From Monocercomonoides exilis PA203 (taxonomy: Eukaryota > Protista > Preaxostyla), in assembly GCA_001643675.2 (NCBI GenBank), contig LSRY02000015.1, positions 682,001 through 746,000 of the forward strand: a DNA stretch of 64,000 bases, read 5' to 3'. Under the pieces are notes generated by a model. It ran no database searches, was not told the origin of the DNA, and saw nothing but the letters and a program-made list of their open reading frames with translations. This document shows, one piece after another, positions 1 to 10,240 of the stretch. Positions within the stretch are counted from its first letter, which is position 1. Every line of letters begins with the position of its first letter. A program made the position numbers and the translations under genes.

Positions 1-30
<30 letters not shown>
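1..30. repeat. Poly(A) tract, truncated by the window start
   Basis: 30 consecutive A. Confidence 0.95.
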
Positions 31-32
<2 letters not shown>

Positions 33-511
33 AGAGCAAGAAAAATGACTTTTTCAAAAATATCAACAGGCTTTTCAAAAATGAGATTTCCAAAAATCCA
101 AAACAAACTGAGGAATGATGTGAAACAACAAAAAACAGATGATAAAAATTTTGAAAGTTGCTGGATTATGAACAAAAAACTTGATATCACAAAAAAAAAT
201 CTGATTCCTTTAAATAAAACAATTTCACATGAATAATAAACAGAAGAAAATTGACAAACAGAATTCAGGCAAATGCAAATGCAAACAAAAGTGAATGCAC
301 AGCAGCGGAAGATGCTGCTGATTTCACAAATAAAAACACAAAACAGGGAGCTACAAAAATCTTTCAAAGATTCAGGATTTCAAAAAATCTTCATTTCCTT
401 TTTTTCTTTTCCTCCTCAGCTCAATTGAGTGCTTTTTGAATTGTTTGACTGATTATCATTTGATGGATTCTTTGTTTGAGCTGACTTCTTTATTGCTCTC
501 TTTTTTTTCGC

Positions 512-3500
512 TCATCTGTCTGTTGCGCTTATCTGGCAGCTTCCATCTTGTTCTGAGTCTTCGATATATATCACTGCATCTGACATCGTGAGCATCACCG
601 CTCCTTCTGGAAATCGCTGGATGAACTCGCGCTTCAGACCTTGAAGAGACAGCCGCTTTTCTGACTCGGATGACAGGCACGACAGAATCATGGGCAACAG
701 CACCGACTCTTCTGCCTCCTTCATGCTTGGCCTCTCTCCATTCACTATCTTCTGCCCTGCCACCTCTGCCTCATACTCTCCAAACGGGATTTGAAGGGTC
801 AGGCACTCCCACAGCATCATCCCAATCGAGAACGACACTGACTCCTTGGTTGCTCCCATCTTCTTGTTCATCTGCAGCTCTGGTGCCTTCCATTTCAGAC
901 ACTCTTTTTTGAAACTATCTTCATCCTCAAATGCTGATGAGGGAAGGGAGTCATCGTCATCATTGCCACTGGCAGATGTCACAACAGTTGATGATGAGAT
1001 GGATGATGAATCTGAATCATCATCTGACAATAAGTCTGAATGCATCACAATGCAGATCACCATGTGTTCTGAGAAGAGAACAATGTGAGGACTCAAGTTG
1101 GAAAGAGATTGAAGAGGATTTTCCATTTCATCAAATGAATGGAGAGCGAGATTTGCCACCCAAAACAGGATCTGGGCAGCTGTCTGTTCTCTTTCCTTCA
1201 ATGTGCCAATCGCCATCTCTTTTGTCTTATTCAGCCCATGCAAAAGCATGAACAGCGAATCCCTCAAATCCACTATCAGCTTCTCATGAGGAGATGAACA
1301 GGCCATTGCATCCACCAGATTCGACATAGATGAGGTGGTTGGGCATAGACTCTCTGATCGAACAAATGTCGAATCTGAATCAGTTGAACATGTCGAAGAA
1401 ATTGATGGTGATGGAGTCTGTTTTCTTATTTCCTCTTCCTCGACTTTTTCCAATGCCCAATCAGGAATCTTGTCTGAATCTTTTCCCAAGATGTATTCAG
1501 TGGAACCACTCTCACTCAACAAATGCTCTGATGACTCAGAATGTTCCATGTTCGTATCATATATTCTCTTCTTCATCCTCTCATCATTCTTCTTCTCTGC
1601 CTCCCTCTCTGCTCTCCTCCACTGTGCCTCAGGTGACATCTCCATCGTCACCATCTCAATCAGCTTCGGATCCTTTTTCACTGTGTCATTCACAATCTCT
1701 TCCAATTCTTCTGTTCTTCTTTTTTGCTTCCTCCATCGAACAGCCAATATTATTGAAACAATCAGAATGATTAGAAGAACAAATGCCATGATAATAACAA
1801 TCAACAACAAATACGATTTCCCTTCTTTTCCTCCTTCAACAAGCTTTCCTTCTCCATTCACCTTTGCTTCGCTTGCATTCTTCAGAATGAATGAATTTGT
1901 TGAGGTAGGAGATTCTGCATTTCCAAATAAAACTAACACACTCACCTCAATATCACTTCCACAACTGCTGATAAGATCTTTTCCCACACTTCCCTCAACT
2001 TCTCTTTCTGACAAGAATCCATTTGAATCAAAATCATGCTTTTCAATCTCTTTTTCTTCTCCCTTCCTCTTCACAAATGAGAATGACAGATTGCAAGGAA
2101 TAAGAAGCATTCCTTTGAATGTCAGCTTCATTCTATCTGTTGATTCTTTTGCTTCTATACTCTCCAACACAGGAATGAAAAATGATGAATCCCTTTCTGA
2201 AGCAATCCCTTCAAAGCTGCACCCTTCATTCAACGCCCAAAGAGATGAATTTGGCAAAAATCCATCTCCTCCTTTCAAACTGGAAATAGACAGTGAAGCA
2301 GAATCAGAGCAGATGATATTTCTTCTCAATGATGGATATTTTGTATTCGCAGGGTTGTTGTTGCTGAAGTTTCCTGCTTCAATCTTCACATTCCCACTTG
2401 AGATGGATAATCCACCTGAAGAAGCATTCAAAATTGTCACATCCTTCATCACCAATGAAGAATTAGTTGAATGAACAAGTGATCCATTCCACTCACATAT
2501 TTCTTCAAAAGAATTTTTTCTTCCACTCTCACTCTCTTTCAAAATCATCCCTTCAAATCGACAAGAATCCATCAAAACATCATTCGCATTGTTCATCTCC
2601 ATCATGCTTCCTTTGCTTGACAGAGAATAACAGTTTGAACAGGAACAATTTGAAAGAGAAATTTGAGTCGAAGTGGAAGAAGTGGAAAGAATTGAAGCTC
2701 CTTCTGAATTCCTCGAGCAGTTCTTGAATGAGGAGCTTCCAACCGAAACACTTCCCGAAGCTAAACTGCCAATCGAAAGGATGCAACCCTCAGACAACTT
2801 CACTCCATTTGCATCAATTCCATTCAGCACAACATTTCTGCATTGCCCAATCTCAACAACATTTCTTGTTGATTCAATCTGTCCCAGTTTCATATTTGTG
2901 AATGAGACCTCATCTCCATTTAACAGAAACGAAGGCTTCATGAACGAAAGGAGTGACACTGAGCAGTTGTCAACATGAAGAATCCCTTTTGCAATGCTCA
3001 CCAAGGTCGAGTTGAGAACAACAACAAGTTGATTGTTGTTTGACCCTCCAACAGAAGAGAAGTCAACAAATGAAAGAGAAAGCTGGCCACTTGCTTCATG
3101 AATGAGAGAACTGCCTGAATATGAAAATGACTGGTCAAAGTTGAATTTCACACTCTCAATCCTGACTTTCTCAGAGGTTGTGAGAAGATTGCACTCATTG
3201 ATATTTATTGTTGAGTTCAGATGCACCAAAGCAGTTGAGGGAGACTCAAGTGAGCGGATGATCACATCATGCACATCACATTCCCCATTGATGATCGTCT
3301 CTTCTGAGATCAACAGCTGAGAATATGATGAAGGAATGATGTGTTGAACTCCAACATCCAATGAGTGGCAAGGCATTTTGAACTCTCCACATTGCTTGCT
3401 GTCTCCGTGGTTGCCTGTTGCTGAAGAAACAAATATCGTCTCGCTCTGGTATTTCACAACCCTCAGCAGAAGATCCTCTTCCCCCACAAATGAGTCTGTT

Positions 3501-6500
3501 GTGCATCCCCATATTGCAAGATCCTTCACAAATGGTGTTCTGAAATCCAAAAGGAATTGTTCAGCTACTATCTGTGTTTCGATTGAATGGCATCGAACAT
3601 ACACATCTCTCCCTCTGAAAGCAGAGTTGTCTTTGAATGTGATGTTCGACAGAACAAAGTTCAGAGGCTTCTCAACCAACGAGGTGCATTCCAGAAACAG
3701 CCACCCGCCTCTTCCTGTGGTGGAGCAGAAGCACTCAGAAATCGTGCAAAATGAGCAGTCAAAGCTTCCTCCCTCATTCAACACACAAAACATCCCTCCT
3801 CCCTTTCCACACCTCGTTCCTCCACACTTCTTCATCGTTGTGTTTCGAATCACAATTTTCAATGGCTCATCATCATTGTCATTTCGGATGATCGGAATAT
3901 CATCTGTTGTGTTCTGGGTGACTTCTTCGCATACACTCCACTCAATAACAACATCTTGTTCAGCTTCATTTTTCTCTCTCCCTGAGCTCTTTGAAATACT
4001 CAATCCGCTTGCTCCTTCAAGCTCAATATTCTTCATCGTCAAATTTTTAATGTTCAAAATCGTTGTTGGCAACACAGAAATAACATCCTTTGAAAAGCAA
4101 AGTGATTGCATTGACACAAGTTCCAATTTAACTGTGCCTTTATCTGCCTTTATCAGTCCAAAGTTGATCGTTCCATCTTTGCTTTCTTCATTTTTTGTGA
4201 ACGAGCAGTCTTTCAGAGTCAACAGTCCTTCACTTGATCCAACATGCATCAAATAATTGACTCCACTTGTGAATGAAGATGGAATCACAAACATAATCAG
4301 TTCGAAACTGGTAATGCCACAAATCTTCATTGCTGCTCCTTCTGCTCCTTCAAGCGATGAAACACATTCCAATGAGCACTTATTGTTATCATTCGATTTC
4401 ATTGTTATTCCACTCACATCAACACTCTTCTGAAGAATCGCTTTTTCAATGATGTTAATATTCTTTTCATTTCCCTCAGGCAATCGATCCAATGAATAAT
4501 CAATTGACAGGCATGGATAATCTGAGAATCCGCAAGCACCCATGTCTCTTCCTTCACCCCCAACAAATATCTCTGATCCAAGTGCGAACCAGAAATACAC
4601 CAGTGGAACGGCATTCGTTGTATCACTTCCATCAAACCCTCTCATGGAATTCAATGAAATACCATCCAGATGCTCAGACACAAATGGAAGAGAGGTGTTT
4701 GTGATGCTCTTTGTCAAGTTGGATGACTCAACAAACAGGTCATTTCCATATTTTGCAACATTTGGTTTTTCTAAATCAAAAACAGGGGATGATATCACAA
4801 ATGAAGAATATTCATCAATCAACTTCAGTGCCATCCCTCCACCAAAGCCAGTCTTTCCTTCTTCAGCTGGTGCTGTGCATCCTGTAAATGTGCATGAGAT
4901 AACATTCATTTGAATGCTCCCTTTCAACTGAGCATTGATAGCACCTCCTCTGCTTTCATCAGCCAGCACTGAACATCCATCAAATTCACATTCTTCAATA
5001 TTTATTTCACCATTTGAATCTTCATTTTCATCGTTGCTGTTGTCGATACTCACGCAGCCTCCACTTCCAACTGCTCTTTCTATTTCTGTGAAATTGTTTT
5101 TCGTCATGTTCAACCATTTGGAGCTCATTAACTCTGCGTTTAATCCACTTCCACACAACGAGATCAATGGATTTCCATTCAAAGTGATTGATGAAGCAGA
5201 AAACGATTCAACGGTCAATGTCCCGTACTCAACAGATAAGAACAGAAATGTCAATTCAGATAAAGGATCTTGAAGGGAAAGAGAGCAATGAGACAAAGTC
5301 AGTTGTGAAGAAGATGATATGAAAGTGGAGTGTGATGAAAAAGACGGAGGAAGAGAGAAGATGAGCTTTGATAATTCTGTTTCAACGCTTGTTGTTATCA
5401 TCGCTGAATTGGATGTTGAACTTGCATCAGAGACTGTCCAACCACTTTCATCATCATTTCCTCTGATTTCATGTTTTTGTTCAGAAAATGCCAATTCATC
5501 GCTTATCATAATCATCCCTTCAACAACAATTTTCTTTGTTCCTGTTTGACGTGTGAGTGAGTGCTTCATTGTCAAGCAAGGGAATTGGACAATTCCACAA
5601 TGAGAATGATCAGATGTTTCAATATTGCTCACATATATTTCTTCTGGTGTGGGAAGAAGATAGATGCACAGAGGGATGGCCAAACTCGTGTTTCCCTTGT
5701 CGTATCCTGTCACCTTGTCAAACGAATCCAAAGAAGCTGTCAAACATGCGATCCTTTCACTTTTTGCTGTTGTTTCCAGATCGATTGAGTCAACAAAAAT
5801 GTCACTTCCCCATTTGGCTCTGTTCCCTTCAAATCCTGATGAAATCAGAAACTCTGCATTTGTGTCTTTCACTTTCAGCCCAATCCCTCCTCCTCTTCCT
5901 TGAGCAGCCAAGGCATAACAGTTCTTCACAACACCTCCATTCATCTTCAATGAACCAACATTCCCCACCTCAACCATCACACCCCCTCCAAACTCAGAGG
6001 CTTCACTCCCACAGCCATCAATCGTGCATCCATCAAAAGTTATTGAATGTGACCCTTCACCCACATTCATCAGCGATGATCCTGCTGTTGTCCTCACAAT
6101 GTTGTTGAATGTGCAGTTATCCAGAGTCAACGAAACTGTTGCCTCCTGAGGCAGAGATATCACACTCGTGGTGCTGAATGTTTGTGACCATCTCACATCT
6201 TTCATCTTCAAACTTCCCCCATCCATCTTCACAAGTGAGTTCTGAATGCTCCTCTCCTCTGAATGTGCTGCATCCATCGAAATATTCATTCTCTCCAAAT
6301 TGATCCCTCCAGCCCCTTTAACCTCAAATAATCTGCTTCTTCTGTTGTTTTCAAGCGAGGTATTGTGAACCACTGACAGATCATTCACACTCAACTCCCC
6401 TGTTCCAACACAAAGCAGACTCAGTCCATTTGCCTCAAACTTTGTTTCAATGACTGAGCCAGATGGCAAAGCTCCATTCACAGAGATTGTTTTCTCACCA

Positions 6501-8221
6501 ATATCAACTCCCTTTCCCTCCACAACTGTTCCACTCAACACCTTCATTTCCTCCACAAACCCCACAATCATTTGGGAAAGGCAATGGCTGATTGTGAGGC
6601 ATGCACAACTTTCATTCAATCCACAGCTGAATGTGTCCTTTGCATTTGTCTGATTTTGAGTTGAAGCCACAAATCTGCATTTCCCTCCATTGTTTGGAAG
6701 CCACTCACTTTTATCTCCTCCTGCATAATATCTCACTCCTTCTGTTCGTGTGGAATAGCACAAAACAAGTTGAGAATCTGTGGAGTTATCATAAATGCAT
6801 ATGTCATTTCCTTGAGGAGCACTGTTGTTGTGGAAAAAACAAAACCACAAAAGATTTCCGTTATATCCATTTGTTAGAACACTAACAGCACCTCCATGGC
6901 GAGCTGAATAGCATCTTTGAAACAAACAATTTTTCGCAACAATTTTGTCAATGGGATACCAAGTTATTAATCCCCCACCCCCAGAGCTGCTTGGATGATG
7001 TCCACTACAATTCATGAATGAACAGTCCAAAACGCAATCTTTTGTTTTGTTTGCTTTTGAACTCCAAATTCCAAGTCCACCTGCATCGTCTCCTGACCAT
7101 CCATCTTTGAAAAAGCAATTTTCAAAAAATACTTGAATTGTCATTCCTTGAATTTCTGCTCCTGCACCACCCAGTGTTGTTGATGCAACGCAATAACACT
7201 CAATAAATGTGGAATGTCTCACTGTGCATTCAGCAATATTAAAGGCAAAAATACCTCCACCTCTTGTTGAAGTTGCATTGCACTTCACAAATGATGAATT
7301 CTCAACTGTTAATGTGGCATTTGAATTGTCATGCACATACAGTGCACCACCACATGGAGCTGAGCATTCATTCCATTCAGCATTCTTATATGTCTGTGTT
7401 TGAGTTGTTGAATTTCTTTCTGTATTTCCCACTCTCCAATCCACTCTTTCGTTGTGGAGGAATGTGCAGTTGTTGCAGGAAAATGCAACGGATCCTTCTG
7501 TTCCACTCACAATCCCTCCCTCCAGCACATTCATCGAACTTTCAACTTGGCAATCCTCAATTGAACTCATTTTCATCATTGGCACTTTCTCATTTGGCAT
7601 TTCATCTTCCTTCATGAATTTCATTGTGATGTTTGAAAAAACACAGTTTTTGATTCCTTCAAATGACCCTTCTCCATTTCTCAAAATGCTTCCACTCCCA
7701 CAAAACACAATGTTCCTCCACTCACTGTTTCTCACAAGCAACGATGCATCTTCTCCTTCCATCTTCGCAAGGCTTTTCATCAACTCACAATTATCATTTC
7801 TTCTTTCGATGTTCAAAGTGGTGTTCGTCATTTCGCATGTTCCTTCATTGAAGACAAAATATCCATCGAAACCTCTTTTTCTCATCAACAAGCAGTCATC
7901 AAGGCGCAGGAATGACTTTGCTCGAATATCAAATGCCACGCCATCATCTGCCTTTTCCAACATTATTTCCTTCAATTCGACTGAAGAATTGTGTATTTTG
8001 CAGAATAGCTGAACAATGCTTCCTTGCTCCAAAATATGACTTTCAGGCTGAGCGGGAATGTGATATTCTTCATGTCCATTCCTTTGTGCATCATTTGAAT
8101 CTATGCCACAAAATGTGAAACACAAACACTCAGTCAAAACCAAAAGAATCATTGTTATAAGGAAATAATGGGTCATAATAAACCATATTTTTATATATAA
8201 TACAAATATTATTTTGAACAT
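512..8221 (-). CDS. Giant single-pass membrane protein, paralog 1: beta-helix/pectin-lyase-like ectodomain, TM, degenerate TKL/tyrosine-kinase-like C-terminal domain
   Basis: Uninterrupted 2569-codon ORF. Hydrophobic N-terminus; the likely start is MTHYFL at ~8176. Repeated GGA(I/L)/FxxC motifs and CG..C.T..H modules. TM segment LLLIVIIMAFVLLIILIVSIILAV followed by RWRK. C-terminal WKAPE, FSIGMMLWECLT.QIPF and GERP motifs. Confidence 0.85.
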   Translation of the reverse strand: MFKIIFVLYIKIWFIMTHYFLITMILLVLTECLCFTFCGIDSNDAQRNGHEEYHIPAQPESHILEQGSIVQLFCKIHNSSVELKEIMLEKADDGVAFDIRAKSFLRLDDCLLMRKRGFDGYFVFNEGTCEMTNTTLNIERRNDNCELMKSLAKMEGEDASLLVRNSEWRNIVFCGSGSILRNGEGSFEGIKNCVFSNITMKFMKEDEMPNEKVPMMKMSSIEDCQVESSMNVLEGGIVSGTEGSVAFSCNNCTFLHNERVDWRVGNTERNSTTQTQTYKNAEWNECSAPCGGALYVHDNSNATLTVENSSFVKCNATSTRGGGIFAFNIAECTVRHSTFIECYCVASTTLGGAGAEIQGMTIQVFFENCFFKDGWSGDDAGGLGIWSSKANKTKDCVLDCSFMNCSGHHPSSSGGGGLITWYPIDKIVAKNCLFQRCYSARHGGAVSVLTNGYNGNLLWFCFFHNNSAPQGNDICIYDNSTDSQLVLCYSTRTEGVRYYAGGDKSEWLPNNGGKCRFVASTQNQTNAKDTFSCGLNESCACLTISHCLSQMIVGFVEEMKVLSGTVVEGKGVDIGEKTISVNGALPSGSVIETKFEANGLSLLCVGTGELSVNDLSVVHNTSLENNRRSRLFEVKGAGGINLERMNISMDAAHSEERSIQNSLVKMDGGSLKMKDVRWSQTFSTTSVISLPQEATVSLTLDNCTFNNIVRTTAGSSLMNVGEGSHSITFDGCTIDGCGSEASEFGGGVMVEVGNVGSLKMNGGVVKNCYALAAQGRGGGIGLKVKDTNAEFLISSGFEGNRAKWGSDIFVDSIDLETTAKSERIACLTASLDSFDKVTGYDKGNTSLAIPLCIYLLPTPEEIYVSNIETSDHSHCGIVQFPCLTMKHSLTRQTGTKKIVVEGMIMISDELAFSEQKHEIRGNDDESGWTVSDASSTSNSAMITTSVETELSKLIFSLPPSFSSHSTFISSSSQLTLSHCSLSLQDPLSELTFLFLSVEYGTLTVESFSASSITLNGNPLISLCGSGLNAELMSSKWLNMTKNNFTEIERAVGSGGCVSIDNSNDENEDSNGEINIEECEFDGCSVLADESRGGAINAQLKGSIQMNVISCTFTGCTAPAEEGKTGFGGGMALKLIDEYSSFVISSPVFDLEKPNVAKYGNDLFVESSNLTKSITNTSLPFVSEHLDGISLNSMRGFDGSDTTNAVPLVYFWFALGSEIFVGGEGRDMGACGFSDYPCLSIDYSLDRLPEGNEKNINIIEKAILQKSVDVSGITMKSNDNNKCSLECVSSLEGAEGAAMKICGITSFELIMFVIPSSFTSGVNYLMHVGSSEGLLTLKDCSFTKNEESKDGTINFGLIKADKGTVKLELVSMQSLCFSKDVISVLPTTILNIKNLTMKNIELEGASGLSISKSSGREKNEAEQDVVIEWSVCEEVTQNTTDDIPIIRNDNDDEPLKIVIRNTTMKKCGGTRCGKGGGMFCVLNEGGSFDCSFCTISECFCSTTGRGGWLFLECTSLVEKPLNFVLSNITFKDNSAFRGRDVYVRCHSIETQIVAEQFLLDFRTPFVKDLAIWGCTTDSFVGEEDLLLRVVKYQSETIFVSSATGNHGDSKQCGEFKMPCHSLDVGVQHIIPSSYSQLLISEETIINGECDVHDVIIRSLESPSTALVHLNSTININECNLLTTSEKVRIESVKFNFDQSFSYSGSSLIHEASGQLSLSFVDFSSVGGSNNNQLVVVLNSTLVSIAKGILHVDNCSVSLLSFMKPSFLLNGDEVSFTNMKLGQIESTRNVVEIGQCRNVVLNGIDANGVKLSEGCILSIGSLASGSVSVGSSSFKNCSRNSEGASILSTSSTSTQISLSNCSCSNCYSLSSKGSMMEMNNANDVLMDSCRFEGMILKESESGRKNSFEEICEWNGSLVHSTNSSLVMKDVTILNASSGGLSISSGNVKIEAGNFSNNNPANTKYPSLRRNIICSDSASLSISSLKGGDGFLPNSSLWALNEGCSFEGIASERDSSFFIPVLESIEAKESTDRMKLTFKGMLLIPCNLSFSFVKRKGEEKEIEKHDFDSNGFLSEREVEGSVGKDLISSCGSDIEVSVLVLFGNAESPTSTNSFILKNASEAKVNGEGKLVEGGKEGKSYLLLIVIIMAFVLLIILIVSIILAVRWRKQKRRTEELEEIVNDTVKKDPKLIEMVTMEMSPEAQWRRAEREAEKKNDERMKKRIYDTNMEHSESSEHLLSESGSTEYILGKDSDKIPDWALEKVEEEEIRKQTPSPSISSTCSTDSDSTFVRSESLCPTTSSMSNLVDAMACSSPHEKLIVDLRDSLFMLLHGLNKTKEMAIGTLKEREQTAAQILFWVANLALHSFDEMENPLQSLSNLSPHIVLFSEHMVICIVMHSDLLSDDDSDSSSISSSTVVTSASGNDDDDSLPSSAFEDEDSFKKECLKWKAPELQMNKKMGATKESVSFSIGMMLWECLTLQIPFGEYEAEVAGQKIVNGERPSMKEAEESVLLPMILSCLSSESEKRLSLQGLKREFIQRFPEGAVMLTMSDAVIYIEDSEQDGSCQISATDR

Positions 8222-10150
8222 CTTTCAATTTTAATTCTTCCTGTTTTATTTCCATTTGTTAATTTGATAATCATTCCAATTATTCTATCTAGAGATAATT
8301 TTATCATTTTGCTGTAATAGATTGATTTATTTCTTTTTCACCACTCTTTTATTTCTTTGATTCTATTATATTCTATCTGAATGAGGAACAACAACATTTT
8401 GAGGTCATTTCAAACGATGTACTCTTCAATGTGTAATTATCTATCAATGAAAAGAAGAATAGCTATCAAATAAATGTTTTCATGAGAAAAATTTGAAAAT
8501 TGAAATTGGAATAAAAAAAAAGAACAATAATTTTCACAAACTTCGAATGTTCAAAGAGAATAGCTTATTCGTTTGAGAAGTGAATCTGATTTTCATCAAT
8601 TATTCCATCATTTCAAATCTTTCCTTGTTTCAGAAACTTCATTTCGAATTTCTTTTTTTAAATATTTTCCCCCTCATTTCTCTCTTCCTTTTCAATTATT
8701 TTTTCATTCGTTATTTCCGAATTTTTATTATTTCTTCAAAGCTGTTTTGTCAAATTTATTTCTGTTGTCTTCACTTTTTCCATTTTCTTTCATCGCTCAT
8801 GCATCATCTTCAAATCGTTCAATATTTCCAAAAATAACTTCCGAATCATCAATGGCCTTCCTCCAAGCGCAGCGCAAATCTTTCATTTTTACGCGTATTC
8901 TTCCGACCCTCCTTCAAGATTCTTTATTTCTGATTGTTTTGAAACAAACTGGAAAACATCTCATTTCGAGCTTCATTTCTTTTTTCGAAAAACAGTCATC
9001 GTTCATCAATGAATCTTTTAGAAAGAAAAAAGAAGCGATTTACAACATTGACTCAAATTCTTCGTCACTTTTCCTGAAATCCTTTTATCTCTTGATTTTT
9101 CAGGTGATGACTTCAAAACTTTTCATCAAAAACAAAAGATTAATAAATATATGAAACAATGAAGAAAATAATTAAAAAACCTTCTATTTTGTTTGAGCAG
9201 CGATTGAAACCAATGAGTAATAAGTTTCACATTAGGTTTTTGAGTCAAAGGCATCATTTGTCTCGTTTCACCTTTCTCCAAAGGAATAAAGACCATCTTT
9301 GCAAATCAAATTTTTAAAGATGCATGAGCCAGAAAATTAATCCATTTCATCTTCAAAGCGCTTTGGATCTTTCTCAACAAACGTTTTTCGTTCAAAAAAC
9401 TCCATAAACTGAACTGAAATTATTTCGAGATAAAAATTGAGTTTCTATTAAAAAACAAAAAGGAATATAAAATTCAAATCGAATAAAAGTCTTTTTTGTC
9501 CTTCATGCCTTCAAAATCATCCATTTCCTACAAAGAAAAAATATCTGACAGAGACAAAAAAAAAAAAAACCCTTTGAATTCGAAGAAGAGCATGAATAAA
9601 ATATAGTTTTGCTTTATAGTTGCATTTGAACGTTCAATTGAGTCATAAGACCGGAAAAAACAGAAAATACAAAATGCAGGAATAGAAGTTTTATTATGGT
9701 CCAGAATGGTTTTTTTATTTGCTTCGAATTTCAGAGAAACATCAATGAAAATATAAAAAATAATTATTAATGCTTCGAAAACAGAATCAATCTTTTTCAA
9801 ATTATTGAATTTTCCTTTTTTTAATTGTTTTATAAAGACAATCACTTTGTTTATTATCCAATTGAAATTTAGAAAAAAAAAATAAAAACAAAAATATTTC
9901 GAAAATTGTTTTATTTGAAAAAAAAGGCAAACCCACTTTGAAGTCATTCTTATCTTTTCATCTTCCTTCTCAAAAATTCACAAAAAAAACATCAGTAATC
10001 GAGAAGTAATAATCTTAATCTCCTTTGCAAAGAAAAGATAGAAATTTCTGAAAGCCAAAGATGATATCTTCATTTCCCTCATCTTTCATCTTTTCAAACA
10101 CTTTCCTCTTCGACTTTTTCCTTTTCGCTTCTTCCAATTCATCCTCCTCT
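8222..10150. repeat. Diverged segmental duplication (upstream region of paralog 1), homologous to ~45773-48140
   Basis: Colinear blocks shared with the second copy, e.g. aatatttccaaaaataacttccgaatcatcaatggccttcctcc and gagtcataagaccggaaaaaacagaaaatacaaaatgcagg. Confidence 0.85.
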
Positions 10151-10240
10151 TTTTTCTATTTGTTTGAAATCGAACGCAAAAATGTCAAATATTCATGTGT
10201 CATATTGTCATCCAACGTTAATTCCTCAATCTCTTCCGAC
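10015..10240 (-). pseudogene. 3' remnant of a lineage-specific alpha-helical multigene family member, paralog of 47996-49363
   Basis: Translates ...EEIEELTLDDNMTHEYLTFLRSISNK*KKEEDELEEAKRKKSKRKVFEKMKDEGNEDIIFGFQKFLSFLCKGD*, matching the C-terminus of the 47996 gene. It has an internal stop and the 5' part is missing. Confidence 0.75.

Noticed and set aside
1335-2474. Long antisense ORFs (379, 334, 292 aa etc.) over the giant genes, DIRS and ARF-GEF
   Set aside because: Shadow frames of the sense coding sequence, S/F-rich with no recognisable motifs.
8573-9154. 193-aa F/S-rich ORF upstream of paralog 1
   Set aside because: Low-complexity translation, and the frame is not conserved in the duplicated region at ~46100-46700.
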